Below the pieces are notes generated by a model. That model saw only the letters and a program-made list of their open reading frames with translations, was not told where the DNA came from and ran no database searches. Below, in pieces: positions 11,846 through 25,254 of a DNA stretch of 64,000 nt. The first letter of the stretch is position 1. Each line of letters starts with the position of its first letter. The translations under genes were made by a program, and so were the position numbers. The DNA lies in assembly GCF_006345805.1 (NCBI RefSeq), contig NC_042997.1, forward strand, positions 146,878,001 through 146,942,000, given 5' to 3'. The stretch comes from Octopus sinensis. Its lineage: Eukaryota.

Positions 11846-12172
11846 GCATGGCTCAGTGGTTAGAGCATCAGGCTCACAATCATGAGGTAGTGAGTTCGAT
11901 TCCTGAAGTAGGCTGTGTGTTGTGTTCTTGAGCAAGACACTATTTCATGTTGCTCCAGTTCACTCAGCTGTAGAAATGAGTTGCAACATCACTAGTGCCA
12001 AGCTGTATCGGCTTTGCCTTTCCCTTGGATAACATCAATAGCATGGAGAAGAGAGGCTGATATGCATGAGCGACTGTTGGTCTTCTACGAACAACCTTGC
12101 CCAGACTTGTGCCTCGGAGGGGAACTTTCTAAGTGCAATCCCATGGTCATTCACGACCAAAGGGGGATCTTT
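11846..12172 (+). mobile_element. tRNA-derived SINE family C (head GCATGGCTCAGTGGTTAGAGC, B box GAGTTCGATTCC)
   Basis: A and B boxes with an anticodon-like arm followed by about 250 nt of non-tRNA body. Related heads at about 24150-24345 (-) and 56130-56255 (-). Confidence 0.8.
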
Positions 12173-14301
12173 ACCCTGTATTTTTTTATTTATTCTATTG
12201 ATCTTTTTTGCTGAACCACTAAGTTACGGGGCTGTAAACAAACCAACAGCAGTTACCAAGTGCCAATGGGGGACAAGCACAAACACACAAACATGACAGG
12301 GTTCTTCCAGTTTTTGTCTACCAAATCCACTCACAAGGTTTTGGTTGGCCCAGGGCTACAGTAGAAGGCACTTGCCCAAGGTACCATATAGTGAAACTGA
12401 ACCAGGAAGCATGTTATTGGGATACATTTCTTGCTACATAGCTATGCCATGGAAATTTATAATTTTTCTTTATTGTCTATGCCATTGTTTTTCTATGCCG
12501 TCATGCATTAAACAAGATTTCTTGAGACAGTATTTAAAGATGAGTACTCTTTCTAATACCAACCCATATTTACAAGTAAGATTTTGTAATACTCAACATC
12601 TCAAACTGCTGGACTTTATGTGAGGCATAAATCACTACTGTTCAACAAATACATCATTTTAACATCCACTTTTCGATGCCTGCATGGGTCAGATGGAATT
12701 CACTGAAGTACATTTTTCAACTACCAGATGCCCTTCCAGTTACCAACCCTCCCTTAGTCTATCAAGCAACAAACAGCCCAGATATAATTATGAGTCTTTT
12801 TGTGTACAAAGATCAAATAATATGTCAAGACGCTTGGACATGCTTTCATGAATATCTGAACATACGGCTTTGCCTATATTCAAAATTCAGTAGTGAGGTT
12901 ATTGTTTTGTTTATGGTTCATGAACACATGTAAAACAAGGAGAAAATACAAACCATACAAACATATATGACAGACTTCATTTCCTGCCTCCTATTTTCAT
13001 GCACACAGATTCATTAACATGTAGCTATAATACAGAATGTTCATTGGCAATATTCACATAGTTGACTGGATTCTCTGCATTCTGTGCCCACATTTTGCCA
13101 AGATGCAGCAGTACAGTTTGTAAACAAACAGTGGATAATCTGGTCTTTGTTCAAAGAAAATCCCCTTGTTGACAGATGCAATGAGTCCCGGAAATTTTTC
13201 CATGTCTTATTCTAGCTACTTTTTCCATCTTATTCAAGCTATTATGCTTTCCAAGAACCTATGTACAGAAGCTACCAAAAATTGATATGGAACATTCTGA
13301 GCTGTGGAATTATCTTACTGGTCGAGTGTGATCGTTACCAGCATCGCCTTACTGGCACTTGTGCTGGTGGAACGTGAAAAAACATTAGAGCGAGGTTGTT
13401 GCCACTGCTGCCGGACTAGCTTCTGTGCAGGTGGCATGTAAAAAAACACCATTTGAGCGTGGCCGTTGCCAGTACCGCCTGACTGGCCCTCGTGCCGGTG
13501 ACACGTAAAAGCACCCACTACACTCTCGGAGTGGTTGGCGTTAGGAAGGACATCCATCTGTAGAAACTCTGCCAGATCTGACTGGAGCCTGGTGCAGCCA
13601 TCTGGTTTGCCAGTCCTCAGTCAAATCATCCAACCCATGCCAGCATGGAAAGCAGACGTTAAATGATGATAACTCTTACTGATAACTAAGTCTGTCATCT
13701 GCTACAAAGTGTTTATTCATTATCAGTTTGCCTTTGATCGCACTGTACCTTTCATGTACCAATACATTATTTGCAATTCAGATCACAAGTATATATATAT
13801 ATATATGGGTAACACACACACACACAAACATATACGTACATACACCTATTTTCAAAACATTGTTTACAAAATAATAGCTGATCGTTTGCAAAGGAGCATG
13901 TCTCAGGCAACACACACACATTGCATACATGTGTTTTGTACGCATACATGTTCATGTGTGCGTGTGTGTAACTGAAGCCATTCACACATACATACATACA
14001 TGACAACCCCTACAAAATTTTTAAAATCTGTTCTCCCTCTCTCTCTCTCTTTACACCATCACTAGAAGGGGACTTAACTCATATTTGCAAGTGGCGTATT
14101 TTTCCGGCTTGAAAAATGTTTAAAAGTTATGGCTCAAAATTATTTTTACCATTATTCGCTGCTGCTTCAGGGGAAAATAATTTGACGAAAATACAGCTAG
14201 GGTCGTGACAAATGTCCTCCTAAAATTTGAGCAACATGCGTGCCAATTTGTGGACGTGCATAATTTACATTCATGTACACACACACACACATAATGCCTT
14301 T

Positions 14302-14340
<39 letters not shown>

Positions 14341-14345
<5 letters not shown>

Positions 14346-14920
14346 ATCCAAACATGAACAAAGAGAAAATACAACAACGGGAGGACGTGGAACAAGTAGT
14401 GTTATTGGACGCTCAGGAAAGGAAAGAAAGAAGGAGGACTTAACGTTTTAAAAGTTATAAAATATTGGTATAATTAAAAATTTGGGATGATGAAACATTA
14501 AAAGGATTACAAATGACTGGTATGTAAATGTATATTAGTATTTTTATATTTGATTTTGTATAGTGTGTGAAAAACATCCTGATGAGGGGTGTGTCAGTTT
14601 TGATAATATGAAATATATCATATCTCTGAAATGGCCTGAAGATGGAACTCTAAATTTTTTAATTTTTGCATTATTTTTCGGAGGTTTTTAATACATCCTT
14701 TTAATGTTTCATCGTCCCAAATTTTTAACTATACCAATATTTTATAACTTTTATAATGTAAATTCACTTGTTTTTATGTATAACACCGACTTATATCTAT
14801 TGATATATATTTTTATATCTTTATATCTGGAATTTATACGTCCGTTTTGTAAATGTGGAAGAATATATGAATATATGTATCTATTTGGTCTTCGAGTGTG
14901 GATCTTAATTATGTTCCTCT
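14341..14920. mobile_element. Penelope-like terminal-repeat remnants joined by a 59-bp inverted repeat, with a decayed hammerhead-like core
   Basis: IR arms 14449-14507 / 14695-14753 (57/59 match); CTGATGA...GAAA core at 14579-14631; minus-strand AAAACGTTA motif at 14440-14448. Confidence 0.45.
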
Positions 14921-15111
14921 AGTTTCCACTTGCATTGCCTCTGTTCAAATTAAGAAGTGAAATATAGCTCACTTGGAGCACTACAACTCTAATCTATTAG
15001 GCCTAATTGGAACAGCTGTAAGGGACCATGTTTGACTTTTGCAGATAAATTTTTATTAAATGCTACATCTCCATTTTCTTACTTTCTTTTGAATGATTAT
15101 AAACCATGATT

Positions 15112-15147
<36 letters not shown>

Positions 15148-18054
15148 ACAATAATCCTAGGATAGAATTTATAAACATTTAATAAATAGCTATGCACATT
15201 TTCACAGATCATATAACTTAAGATCACAGTCTGTATTCCTGGGATGATTGCAGTGTAATCCATAATATTGGTGGGGATCTGGTTGATCATCATCATTGAT
15301 TCATTTCTTCAGGCAATATAACATTAGTGGATGATATATATATATATATATGCGCACATATATATAATTATCATCATTTAACGTTCATTTTCTATGCTGG
15401 CATAGGTTGGATGGTTTGACGGGAACTGGACAGCCGGGAAAATGCACCAGGCTCCAACTGTCTGTTTTGACAGGTTTTCTATAGCTGGATACCCTTCTTA
15501 ATACCAATCATTTTACAGAGTGTATTGGGTGCTGTTTACATAGCGCTGGCACCAGGGCTATTATGTGGCACCGGTATCAGTGCTTTATACGTGGCATTGG
15601 CATGGGTGTTTTATACATGGCACTGGTATGCATGCTTTTTACATGGCACACATACAATGTGCACTTTTTCCCTCAAAAGAGAAGTCTCAAAAAAAAAAAA
15701 TCGATTCTATATATGAAGTTAGGCCTATATTATACGCTTTTGTGCACAAGAAACATTTTTATTCTGAATATAAACTGCTGAATTTGGGGTATATCTAATG
15801 AATCTAGGTAAAAAAAAAATTACAGGAAAGTAAATCACAGGGGTTTTATCCAGATCCCATAAATTAATTGAGACTTTATTACCGGCTACCATAAATTGTG
15901 ACTTTATTACGGGTCACCATATCTAATATGACAGTGCGTCTTTTATGCCATCAAATACGGCATTTTTAATGTCAAAAAAAAAAAATTAGTCGAGGTCTGT
16001 GTTGGAAAAACTGATTTAGTAAAGTTCACTAATATTTGAGGGCACGCCAAAAAGGATTTACAGCAATAAGCAAACTAAATAATGGTTTCGAATGTTGGCA
16101 CAGAGCCAGCAGTTTTTGAGGGGAGGGGAAAGTCGATTACACTGACTTCCTCTGTTTTGGGCTGGTACTTATTTTATCCACCTCGAAAGAATGAGAGGTG
16201 AAAGTCGACCGCGACGTAATTCTTATAAGCATTTTGTCCGGCGTGCGAACGGTTCTGCAGCTCGCTGTCTCAACGCAAAGAAACTAAATAAATTGTGCAA
16301 TGGCACTTAGTTTATTTCCGGTGATTAGTCATTTATTCCTATTTGTTATTGTTTAGTACAGGACAACACCCAACGAGCAATTCTCATGGATCAATAGCAT
16401 TCTAGCTGTAACCAATGTCTTTTTCAACAAGCAACACACTGTTAAGACAAATTAAACTGGTGGTGAGTATTAAATATGACTAAGTTTGCGGTCGATTGTG
16501 TAATCCGAAATGGAGAAGAAGAGATTTAAAAAATTGAATTTATAATATTTTTTTCCCATTTACAAAATCAAAATGTAATTCAGAAAACAACTTTCGAGGA
16601 AGTTAAAAAAAGTTACAGCCGCTCACGGACTACGAAACGAGAGTAGGGAGAGTTAAAAAAAATATATAAATTGGTTTCTTCTTTCCATAAAACTCACAAT
16701 GTTTGATGTTTAAAACAGAAACTTAAAGAAAATTTTTAAAAATGGAAAAAATATAAAAATTGAGTGGAGCACTTATTCAAAACACCACCTATATGTTTTT
16801 CATTAGACAGAGTGCGATTCGAACAAGATTTAGCTACTAATTATAACAGGTCAAATTACTGCATCCCTTCGTTGGTGATTATAAACAAGGGTGTTACTAA
16901 GCTCCTACTCGCGCAGATCTTTAATCGAGTACATTCAAGCCATCACCCTCTCAGCATTTTTCCTTCATGCATAGTGGACATTATCCAATGTGTCTTTTTA
17001 AGATAGTTGGGTATCATTTGTGTGTGCGAGAGAGATGATTACTTCTAGCAGATCAGATGTTCGTGTACAGGCGCCCACGTTAACGTGAGATACATGACTT
17101 CTAAAGCAAATTCCAAATTTAGAGTTCTGGCGGTCATATTAAGGCAGAGAGCCGGCGAAATTGTTATCAAGCCGAACAAAATGCTAAGCGGCATTTCGTC
17201 CGCCTTTACGTTGAGTACAAATGCCGCCGAGGTTGACTTTGCCTTTCATTCTTTCGAGATCGATAAAATAAGTATTAGTCAAGTACTTGTGCCTATCTAT
17301 AGAAGAAAGGATTATATTAGTTTACCAAAGACAGTTCATATTTACATTAGTATCCACAAGCTATATTTAGAAAACGGATAGATGATGGTCAATGTACAGA
17401 CGAAATTTTGTTTATTTCTTCAAAATGTAAAATGACACTTCACTTAATCATACACGTATCAAAAGGATTTAAGTAGTTTGAAAACTAGATACAATGGTTT
17501 CACTAGCTTATAGTTTCGTGTTCAAACTACGCCAGTCACAATTTAGCAATTTATTTAAACGGAGATCGATTAATAGCAATAGGTAATAAATAAGATCATA
17601 GTCGAAAAAGGGTAAAAGACTATTCTAGTTACGAGAAGGGTAAAAGTAAAAAAAAAAAAAAGGTACGTTGGGAAGACATGTAACTTGGATGAAAGTATTA
17701 GTAAACTATGAAGTATTTATTATTGTTATTATTATTATTATTATAGTCATTCTGTATTGGTAATTGGAAAGCGTTGCGTGAAAGGAGTACGTATTTAATT
17801 CTCAGCTTACAAAAAAAAAAAAAAAATCTCACGAAGTCCGTCAAGAGAACACATACGAAACAAGACAATTTAATGTGTTGGGGTTTTGCGTCGTTGTATC
17901 AAATATTTTCTCACTTAGTCAACAAAAACAAATGGAAAGCCAAACAATAAATGACAATTCTTTACTACTTACATGATAATTAATTTTTTACAGTGAGTGT
18001 AGACAAAATTTAATATCGGAAACGAGAGGAATTGCATAAAATGATAATACTTAC

Positions 18055-18126
18055 TGGATAAAGGTAAATTATTGAAATTATTAAAGTCACAACGAAAAAG
18101 ACAGCGAATATAACGAAGTCGAGCAT
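18055..18126 (-). CDS. CYP20A1: Cytochrome P450 family 20 (CYP20A1-like), exon 1 (signal anchor) MLDFVIFAVFFVVTLIISIIYLYP
   Basis: ATG at 18126, 72 nt, GTAAGT donor (phase 0). Closely resembles the CYP20A1 N-terminus MLDFAIFAVTF...LYLYP. Not in the ORF track. Confidence 0.93.
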
Positions 18127-18490
18127 GGTCGTGGGAAGTCTTCTAGATTTGCATTCATAAATGTTAACAAAATCGGGGGTTGAAATATAAACACAGGAAA
18201 GCCTATTTGCTTCTGATTAATATAAGGGGGAAAAAATTAGCAGTTTCGTTGCAAATCTTGATTTTACTTTGTTAGTGTTATCAGGTCTTCCCACGAAAAA
18301 ATTCTGCAACGTATCAATGGGATGCAGCCGCTGCTGCGTGGACAGCAAAATATTTAGCTGCCGGTGAAACCCAAAGAAAAGTTCCTAATGCAGAAAAAGG
18401 TTTAAAACACGTACACGCATCATTATTGTTAAATTTCTTGTACCTGCAATTTATATATAAAAGTAAATATTGACTGAATAAAGGACTCCC

Positions 18491-18920
18491 GGATCTTTTC
18501 GGTTTGAACGGCAGTTTTTAACATAATTTCTAGGTAACTAAAAAATTTTAAACTTCGTATACTGGTAGAATGTGTTTATAAAACATCTTTTTCTCTTGGC
18601 TTTATTGAGAAAATTCTATAGTTTGTAAGTTATTTGTTGGTTTTTTTTTCTTCAATTTCTGCAATTTCAACCAATCACTGACGTCCATTGAGGTAAAAAA
18701 AAAAAAACATTCTGTGCCGTATGAATATGTCCCTCGTTTAAGAAACAGATTGGGTTTATTTACATTTGCGAAGAAAAAAAGGTACCCTTCCCCCCACCCC
18801 TAACTAACCCTAACCCTAAAATAGATTGAAATGCAATAGATCGATACTAGGGTCATAATCATGGGTGACAATTTCATATGACACCGCTAGAAAAAACTGT
18901 CGTTCAAACCGAAAAGATCC
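18491..18920 (+). mobile_element. Intact MITE with 30-bp TIRs and 10-bp TSD (MULE-like by TSD length), 365 bp upstream of the CYP20 ATG
   Basis: TIR GGATCTTTTCGGTTTGAACG(G/A)CAGTTTTT (28/30); perfect direct repeat AAGGACTCCC at 18481-18490 and 18921-18930; internal (TAACCC)n. Confidence 0.9.
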
Positions 18921-19304
18921 AAGGACTCCCGACAAACGTTGACCGAGATATTTTAAATAATTTTATTGACAGTCGCCTCCAAGTTTCGCTGGTTGTCAAT
19001 CTCATATCATACGCACACACATACACATACAGCAAAAACTGGTCACACATTAGAATATACAATTAAACAAAACTCAATATAATTGAGTGGAGTGAGATCA
19101 TTTTTATACAAAACTTTCTTTCCGCAAATCACGATTCCGAACAGTATGTTGGTACTTTCGTCGGCCTGACTAAAGCAGTAAAATATCTAAATATTTCTTT
19201 TCAAATTACTTTCAGATATTGCCTTATAGTGATAAAACTCTTTGTTGGCATTTTACTTATTAATGTTAACTGCATACTGCATTTTTAGTCATAGCCCGAG
19301 CTTT

Positions 19305-20150
19305 TCTTTTCTTTTCTTTTCAACTTACTGCGTCTGCCGGAAGTGACACAGGCCCTTCGAGCTAGTGAGATTAATGCCGTTCATGTCCGTTTAAAATATT
19401 GCATGTCAGTACCTGCCGGAAAGACATGAACGTAGAGGAAATTCTAGCGGGTCGATGTTCTTGAGATAAAGAACTGGACATCGTGATTAGTGCTGAGAAA
19501 GTTGGAGTGGTGAAGATGCAGAAACAAGAACGTTGGGAGTACCTAAGTAGTGGAGGCACGAGACTAGCCATTCCAAGGAGCATAGGGAAATTATAGTAAC
19601 AATAAAAAAAGACAGAGAGAGGAAACAGCACTCCTGTAGGTGAGAAGCTGGAAATGCGTCGTTTGGTGATGGAGCACCAATCAGCCGACTAGCTCTTTAC
19701 TGGATGCGATCCAAGAAGTGTGTACGTAGCAGAAATGGAAGCAATTCTCAGTTGTGAATCTACTTGAGCCTTCAGCTGCTGTTGGGAGCTAAAATGTGTA
19801 AGATAAATATGTAAGATCGGTTGTCGGCAATATAGCGATGATATACTTTGGTTGAGTTAAGAGATGTGTGAAGTTCCAAAGATATCTAATTTGAGGGACG
19901 TGGTCTTTGCTATGTTGAGGATGTGCTTTCACTCAAAGACAGACTCATTATAGTGAGGCCCAGTATTTGGAGTGACTGTGAGTGCTCTAGCTGACACCAG
20001 CTCCTGTTTAGAGGGCTGAGGTGCAGTGGTGTTTTCTTCATAGAAGTAGTACTTGCTTTCTGGCTGCTGAAAGAGGCAACGTTGGCATGTCCCCACCAGA
20101 TGTTCCCAACGTTTCCGTTTATATGGTGGTTATCTATATATCCTTTGGCT
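19305..20150 (-). mobile_element. Decayed Jockey/CR1-group non-LTR retrotransposon, 3' part with (GAAAA)n tail
   Basis: Frame-shifted translation LLDRIQ.RASRLIG...SRTST..N..HVFP; tail at about 19309-19322. Confidence 0.6.
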
Positions 20151-20677
20151 ATTCACAGTGTGAGGTAGCTTGCGTGTGTAGACAATGACCGTTAAAGTTC
20201 AATTGAGCTTTCAAATAGTTTATTAAACCGTATTGTTACTTTGACAAATATATATCCAATTAATTAATGTAATGTAACGAAGAAATAATTGTTGGTTGGT
20301 AAATGGAAGAACAACAAGTCTATATGAAGTTACAAACACGAAATATTTATTATCTTTAATATAAGTGTGTTGTCGTTGCGACGAACGACAGAAAAAAATG
20401 AAAATGATATTTAAACCAAGTGAATCAGCAATGATAGTAGCTGTCGTTGAATTACTGATATTGTCATCGTCGAATTTCATAGCCGAAGTTGAATTGGTGT
20501 AAATTCCTAATCTTGGCTGTCACGACCATCTATATATTGCTAATGTATGTCAAAGAAAAGGCGCCAAATACGAAATTGTTAACGACATTACAATATGTTG
20601 TTAGTCCTTTTTTTTTTTTTTTGGCTGGTCAAACTAGCAACTGATAAAAAAAAGTTTTGTGTTTATCATAAAATTGC

Positions 20678-20685
20678 TGACGTCA
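20678..20685. promoter_or_regulatory. Palindromic CRE (TGACGTCA) in the CYP20-CDC37 divergent interval
   Basis: Exact match only; function not shown. Confidence 0.25.
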
Positions 20686-21344
20686 TTAATCTTTGACAGC
20701 ATCCTGTTTATAATTTAGTTTGGTTATTTTTACGTCTGAATACAATGATTCGGGTTCGATTTCTGTGCAGTGAGATGGTGTTTGGGACTCTGCCAATGTT
20801 CTTACTACAGGAACAATGTTCAACGAACATAACAGTAGGAATCTTCAGTTGAAAATAATGCAAGGAATTTAAATCACTACATATAATTAATATATGTGTT
20901 AATTGTCATCACAAGTTAGGGTAGATGCCTTTTGTCGAGTACTGCACAAGATATTACATAAGAAAAATAAAAGAAGTGGAGAGAGATGAAGTCGTTGAGA
21001 CAAGCAACATAGATTCCATTAGACAGCTAGTGGCTCTTTAGCCTGAGGTTAAATAGGTGAGACACTATTTTATGAGGATAAAGCAATATGACGAGTATAA
21101 ACTTGGGATAACCTTGTTAAAAGTTGAATTCGTTCACCTGTTTATTACTGTCGCCCAAAAGTTCAAGAATCTTTGTTCAAACTGTTTGGTAGGAAAACTT
21201 ACACGTTTCCATAGAAGTTTGCCTCAGCCATAGGTCAACCATTGCAAATTGGTCGAACCATATTCACGTAAGTGTTCATACATTTTATGGCGATACTTTT
21301 CCTTTTATGGAGATACATTAGCTCATGGTTGTCGACTGGAAAAA

Positions 21345-22100
21345 CTAAAGCTATGGTTCAAATCTCAGACAGGATCTTACTGCAATGCAGGTTTGGTGTG
21401 TGGTGTCTAGGCTGCGTGTAGATGAGGCATAGTTAGAGAAGATTAGGGAGGAATGAAGGCTTGTGTCGTCTCCATAAGAATAGGCACAGTTGGATGTAGC
21501 GGTAAGAAAATCATTGTTTATAGGCGAAGAGAGTGGGGGACAAAAACCGAATTCCAAAGAACACCGTAATTGATTGAGAATGGCACAGAAATAGTTTGAT
21601 CAATACATATTGCAACGGTGCTATCTGATAGGATGCTAATGGTCCAGGTAATGGGAGATGAGTGGAACTCATAAGCGTGAAATTTTGATAGATTTGCTTT
21701 CTAGACACGGCCGAGGCTTCGGTGATATCTAGAGTAGCAACATTGCTTTCGCCGAACTTCTCTAAATCGAGAACCTACTGGTGAGTGACATATGAAACGA
21801 GTTCTCTTGTGGACCTGGCTGTAGGAAGTCGTACAGGAGGTCACTATGGAGAGAGAGAGAGAGAGGAAAGTATGGTATCAGAACATCATTGTTAATTACT
21901 GTCTCCCTTACCTGGATCGAATATATTGCTTTTCTTGAAGTTGGAACACATGACTTGTTCTTCCACATGTCAGGGTATATCCCCGTAGACATTAAGAGAT
22001 TAAAGAATTTGGTAGATATAGAAGCAAGTTCTGTGGTTCCGAGTTCTAATGTAGTCAAAGCCGATGGCCTTGTTTGTTGACGCAAATGGGGGTACTTCTG
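21345..22100 (-). mobile_element. Decayed RT domain, probably the same LINE as 19305-20150
   Basis: Fragments ELASISTKFFNLLMSTGIYPDMWK, LSPTLF and YSYGDDTSLH (YxDD box). Confidence 0.65.
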
Positions 22101-22652
22101 CATTTAACGTTTATTCAATACATTCCTACGCATATTTCATTAATGAAAATATCCATTATGCAAGGTATTACTTTAAAATCACATGACATAATCAAATCAG
22201 TTAACTTATGTCCTGAACAGAAGTCAGATTCTGTTGAAACGTTAAATCTGGCGAACTATTATAGAGTGTCACACGGTTAAATTTTCTTTTGTTATACAAA
22301 CTCTGATGATTTGATGATGCAATCTGATTGTAAGCTAATACTTTGCAAAAACAAATAAGTGTAAGAAAGTATTGAATAAACAGGAAAACTTGCCTGCATT
22401 CTTTTACACGAGTGCGCACGCGCGCGCAACACACATACACATGCGTGCGCGCAATCTGTGTTCAATGGGTAAATACAAAACATTTCGAAAATTATTCTAT
22501 GCCTTTTAACGGTCGGATCTTTCTACTGATATCGGACTGGTATTTCTCTAGTAATGAGGCTATCTGGGGGTATCTTTTGACTTCCAGTCACACCATCCAG
22601 TAGCAGACTAACAAGCAGTCTATCTGAAGGAGAGACACATAGGCAGTCAGGT

Positions 22653-22885
22653 TGGTGGTGAGCTAGCAGAAACGTTAGCACGTCGGGCGAAATGCTTAAC
22701 AGTATTTCGTCTGCCGTTACATTGTGAGTTCAAATTCCGCCGAGGTCGACTTTACCTTTCATCCTTTTCGGGGTCGATAAATTAAGTACCAGTTACGCAC
22801 TGGGGTCAATGTAATCGACTTAATACCTATGTCTGTCCTTGTTTGTCCCCTCTATGTTTAGCCCCTTGTGGGTAATAAAGAAATA
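22653..22885 (+). mobile_element. tRNA-derived SINE family B (head GGTGGTGAGCTGGCAGAA, B box GAGTTCAAATTCC), followed by (TAGG)n(TAGA)n(GA)n
   Basis: Copies also at about 17145-17290, 27505-27725, 28605-28720, 30735-30910, 45375-45590, 53432-53530 (+) and 32140-32267, 34118-34348, 44465-44670, 47340-47550 (-). Confidence 0.85.
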
Positions 22886-22920
22886 GGTAGGTAGGTAGGT
22901 AGGTAGGTAGATAGATAGAC

Positions 22921-22951
<31 letters not shown>

Positions 22952-23400
22952 AAGAGAAGGTGAGAGGAGAGAGAGCATGAATCTTACTTGGTGGATGAAC
23001 AAATGCATGTCTATCCCAGCAGCATAATCAGCAATGACAACAACAAAAGGAAGATTCATTTTTATTGATGATTCTCGTGGCACAAGCAAAACCTTCCTTA
23101 AGAAACACCTACATACGAAAGTTCCCTAAGGGCAGCGTATTACTCTGATAGTAGCATCAAATGGCATTGTAGCAACACGTTTTGATGGAGGAAACTGCAC
23201 ACACCATCACTAAATTTCCCTAAGACCTCACACAACATAACTACTATGAAACATCATAAACAACTTACCCTAGGCAGCCTCAGGTGGGCAACTGACGCTT
23301 CGGTAAAACGTGGTTGAGAACCCCTAGTCTAGATCTTTTGAAGCCAAATGATTTGACAAAGTTTTCTGTTTCCTGTCACACTTAACTCTGCCATGACTAC

Positions 23401-23785
23401 CTCTTTTACTCTTTTACTTGTTTCAGTCATTTGACTGTAGCCATGCTGGAGCACCGCCTTTAGTCGAGCAAATCGACCCCAGGACTTATTCTTTGTAAGC
23501 CTAGTACTTATTCTATTGGTCTCTTTTGCCGAACCGCTAAGTTACGGGGACGTAAAGGCACCAGCATCGGTTGTCAAGCGATGTTGGGGGACAAACACAG
23601 ACACACACACACACACATATATATACATATATACGACAGGCTTCTTTCAGTTTCCGTCTACCAAATCCACTCACACAGCTTTGGTCGGCCCGAGGCTATA
23701 GTAGAAGACACTTGCCCAAGGTGCCACGCAGTGGGACTGAACCCGGAACTATGTAGTTGGGAAGCAAGCTACTTACTAAACAGCT
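23401..23785 (-). mobile_element. SINE family A, well-preserved copy
   Basis: Full body with (TAAAAGAG)n-like tail; CpGs retained. Confidence 0.88.
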
Positions 23786-25254
23786 TACCAATCAATATTT
23801 AGAGCATTCACTGAAAGTTGCTAGACCGAATCTGGCAGATGCTAAATTTCTGCGTGCAAAGATTTGTGATGATTACTTCAAGAGTTGGGAATTTTGATCC
23901 TCTTTATCATAGCACCACAGAGTAAAAATCAAGAACATTGTTTATTGCAAGGTTTTGAAATAAGCAGGTATCTGAACAAAAAATTTAGTTATAATTCTTC
24001 CTTTAATGAGGATAGATTTTTATTCGGTAATCTATTACTCATAGTTCGTAATGTGTGTGTAAATCTGCTAATTAAACTTCATGCTACGTTCATATATGGA
24101 CATCGCCGGGTACCCCTGCCAGTATATATATATATATATAATAAATGCGCCCTTTTAAAGCCTAGCCAGGTTCATGGGCTCGGTTTCCCGGTTTCTATGG
24201 CGTATGTGTGCCCCAGCTGGACGGGACGCAACATGAAATGAAGTGTTTTGCTTAAGAACACAACGCGTCTCCCGGTCCAGGAATCGAAGCCACAATCTTA
24301 CGATCATGATGCTGACACCCTAACCACTAAGCCACACACCTCCACACACACATATTTTTAGTGTCAGTCATTGGACAGCAACCACACCGGAACATCACCT
24401 TTAAGGGTCTTCAGACTATGATACCGACTGGACTACTTGTATCAATCTTTCTTTGGGGACATGAAGGGATACAACATAAATAGCCACACCGGTTTTTGAA
24501 CCGATGTAAACATAAATGCAGACGCATTATATATATATATATGTGTGTGAAGGGTTTCTGTACAGTTATTATTTCAGAAATTCCATTCAGAAAAAAAAAA
24601 CACAAAAGAAAACAAAACTGGTTAATTGACAGTTACTATTAAAGTTAATGTACTACATCTATCACATAGTGGAACTGAACAAGCAACCACGTGGTTGCTT
24701 AGCGACTTGTTAACCATATAGACATGCCTGAAAATAATATCCTTGTATGGCTGAAACGCTTTGATCAAAGGGGCGGCTTGATTAAACGCGGACATGAAGC
24801 TGTTAGCCTATACAGCCCCCCAGGCTAAATAATGCAAACCTCCTCACAAAATCCCATCCCTGTCTTATTAATAGATTTCAAGTTGAATATATATATATAA
24901 GGAAATAAATAGATGGTAGGTTATAAATAGCATAATTATTTTTTCCAGATAGCTTTACAACACTTCTTTCACTGGCAAAAAAAAAAAAAATTGAAAAGGA
25001 ACCTGTCAACATTAACTTAAGTAATTACAAGTATAAGTTAACCTAACATTAAAAAAAATTAATAATAATCCATAAAAATAATACAAACAAAAATAAAAAA
25101 CTCTCAAAAAAGTTCTGTGTAATTTCACGAATAAAATATCTTTAATTATTTTAATTTCAAGTACTTCTAAAAGTAAATAAATTTAATATAATAATTATGA
25201 ATAAATAAATAAATAAATTTAGAAGTTTACATGATCATAGAAAAAAATCTATTT

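Noticed and set aside
11846-11925. Functional tRNA gene
   Set aside because: The acceptor stem does not close and the sequence continues into a repeated SINE body; the same applies to 24265-24345.
13709-14395. Several short ORFs rich in Y/I/H/T/C/V
   Set aside because: Translations of (TA)n, (CA)n and (TG)n microsatellites; the same holds for most 60-130 aa ORFs in the track.
20223-20480. 85-aa ORF (MKFDDDNISNSTT...) as a receptor N-terminus or CYP20 first exon
   Set aside because: The true CYP20 exon 1 is at 18055-18126; there is no recognisable homology or partner exon.
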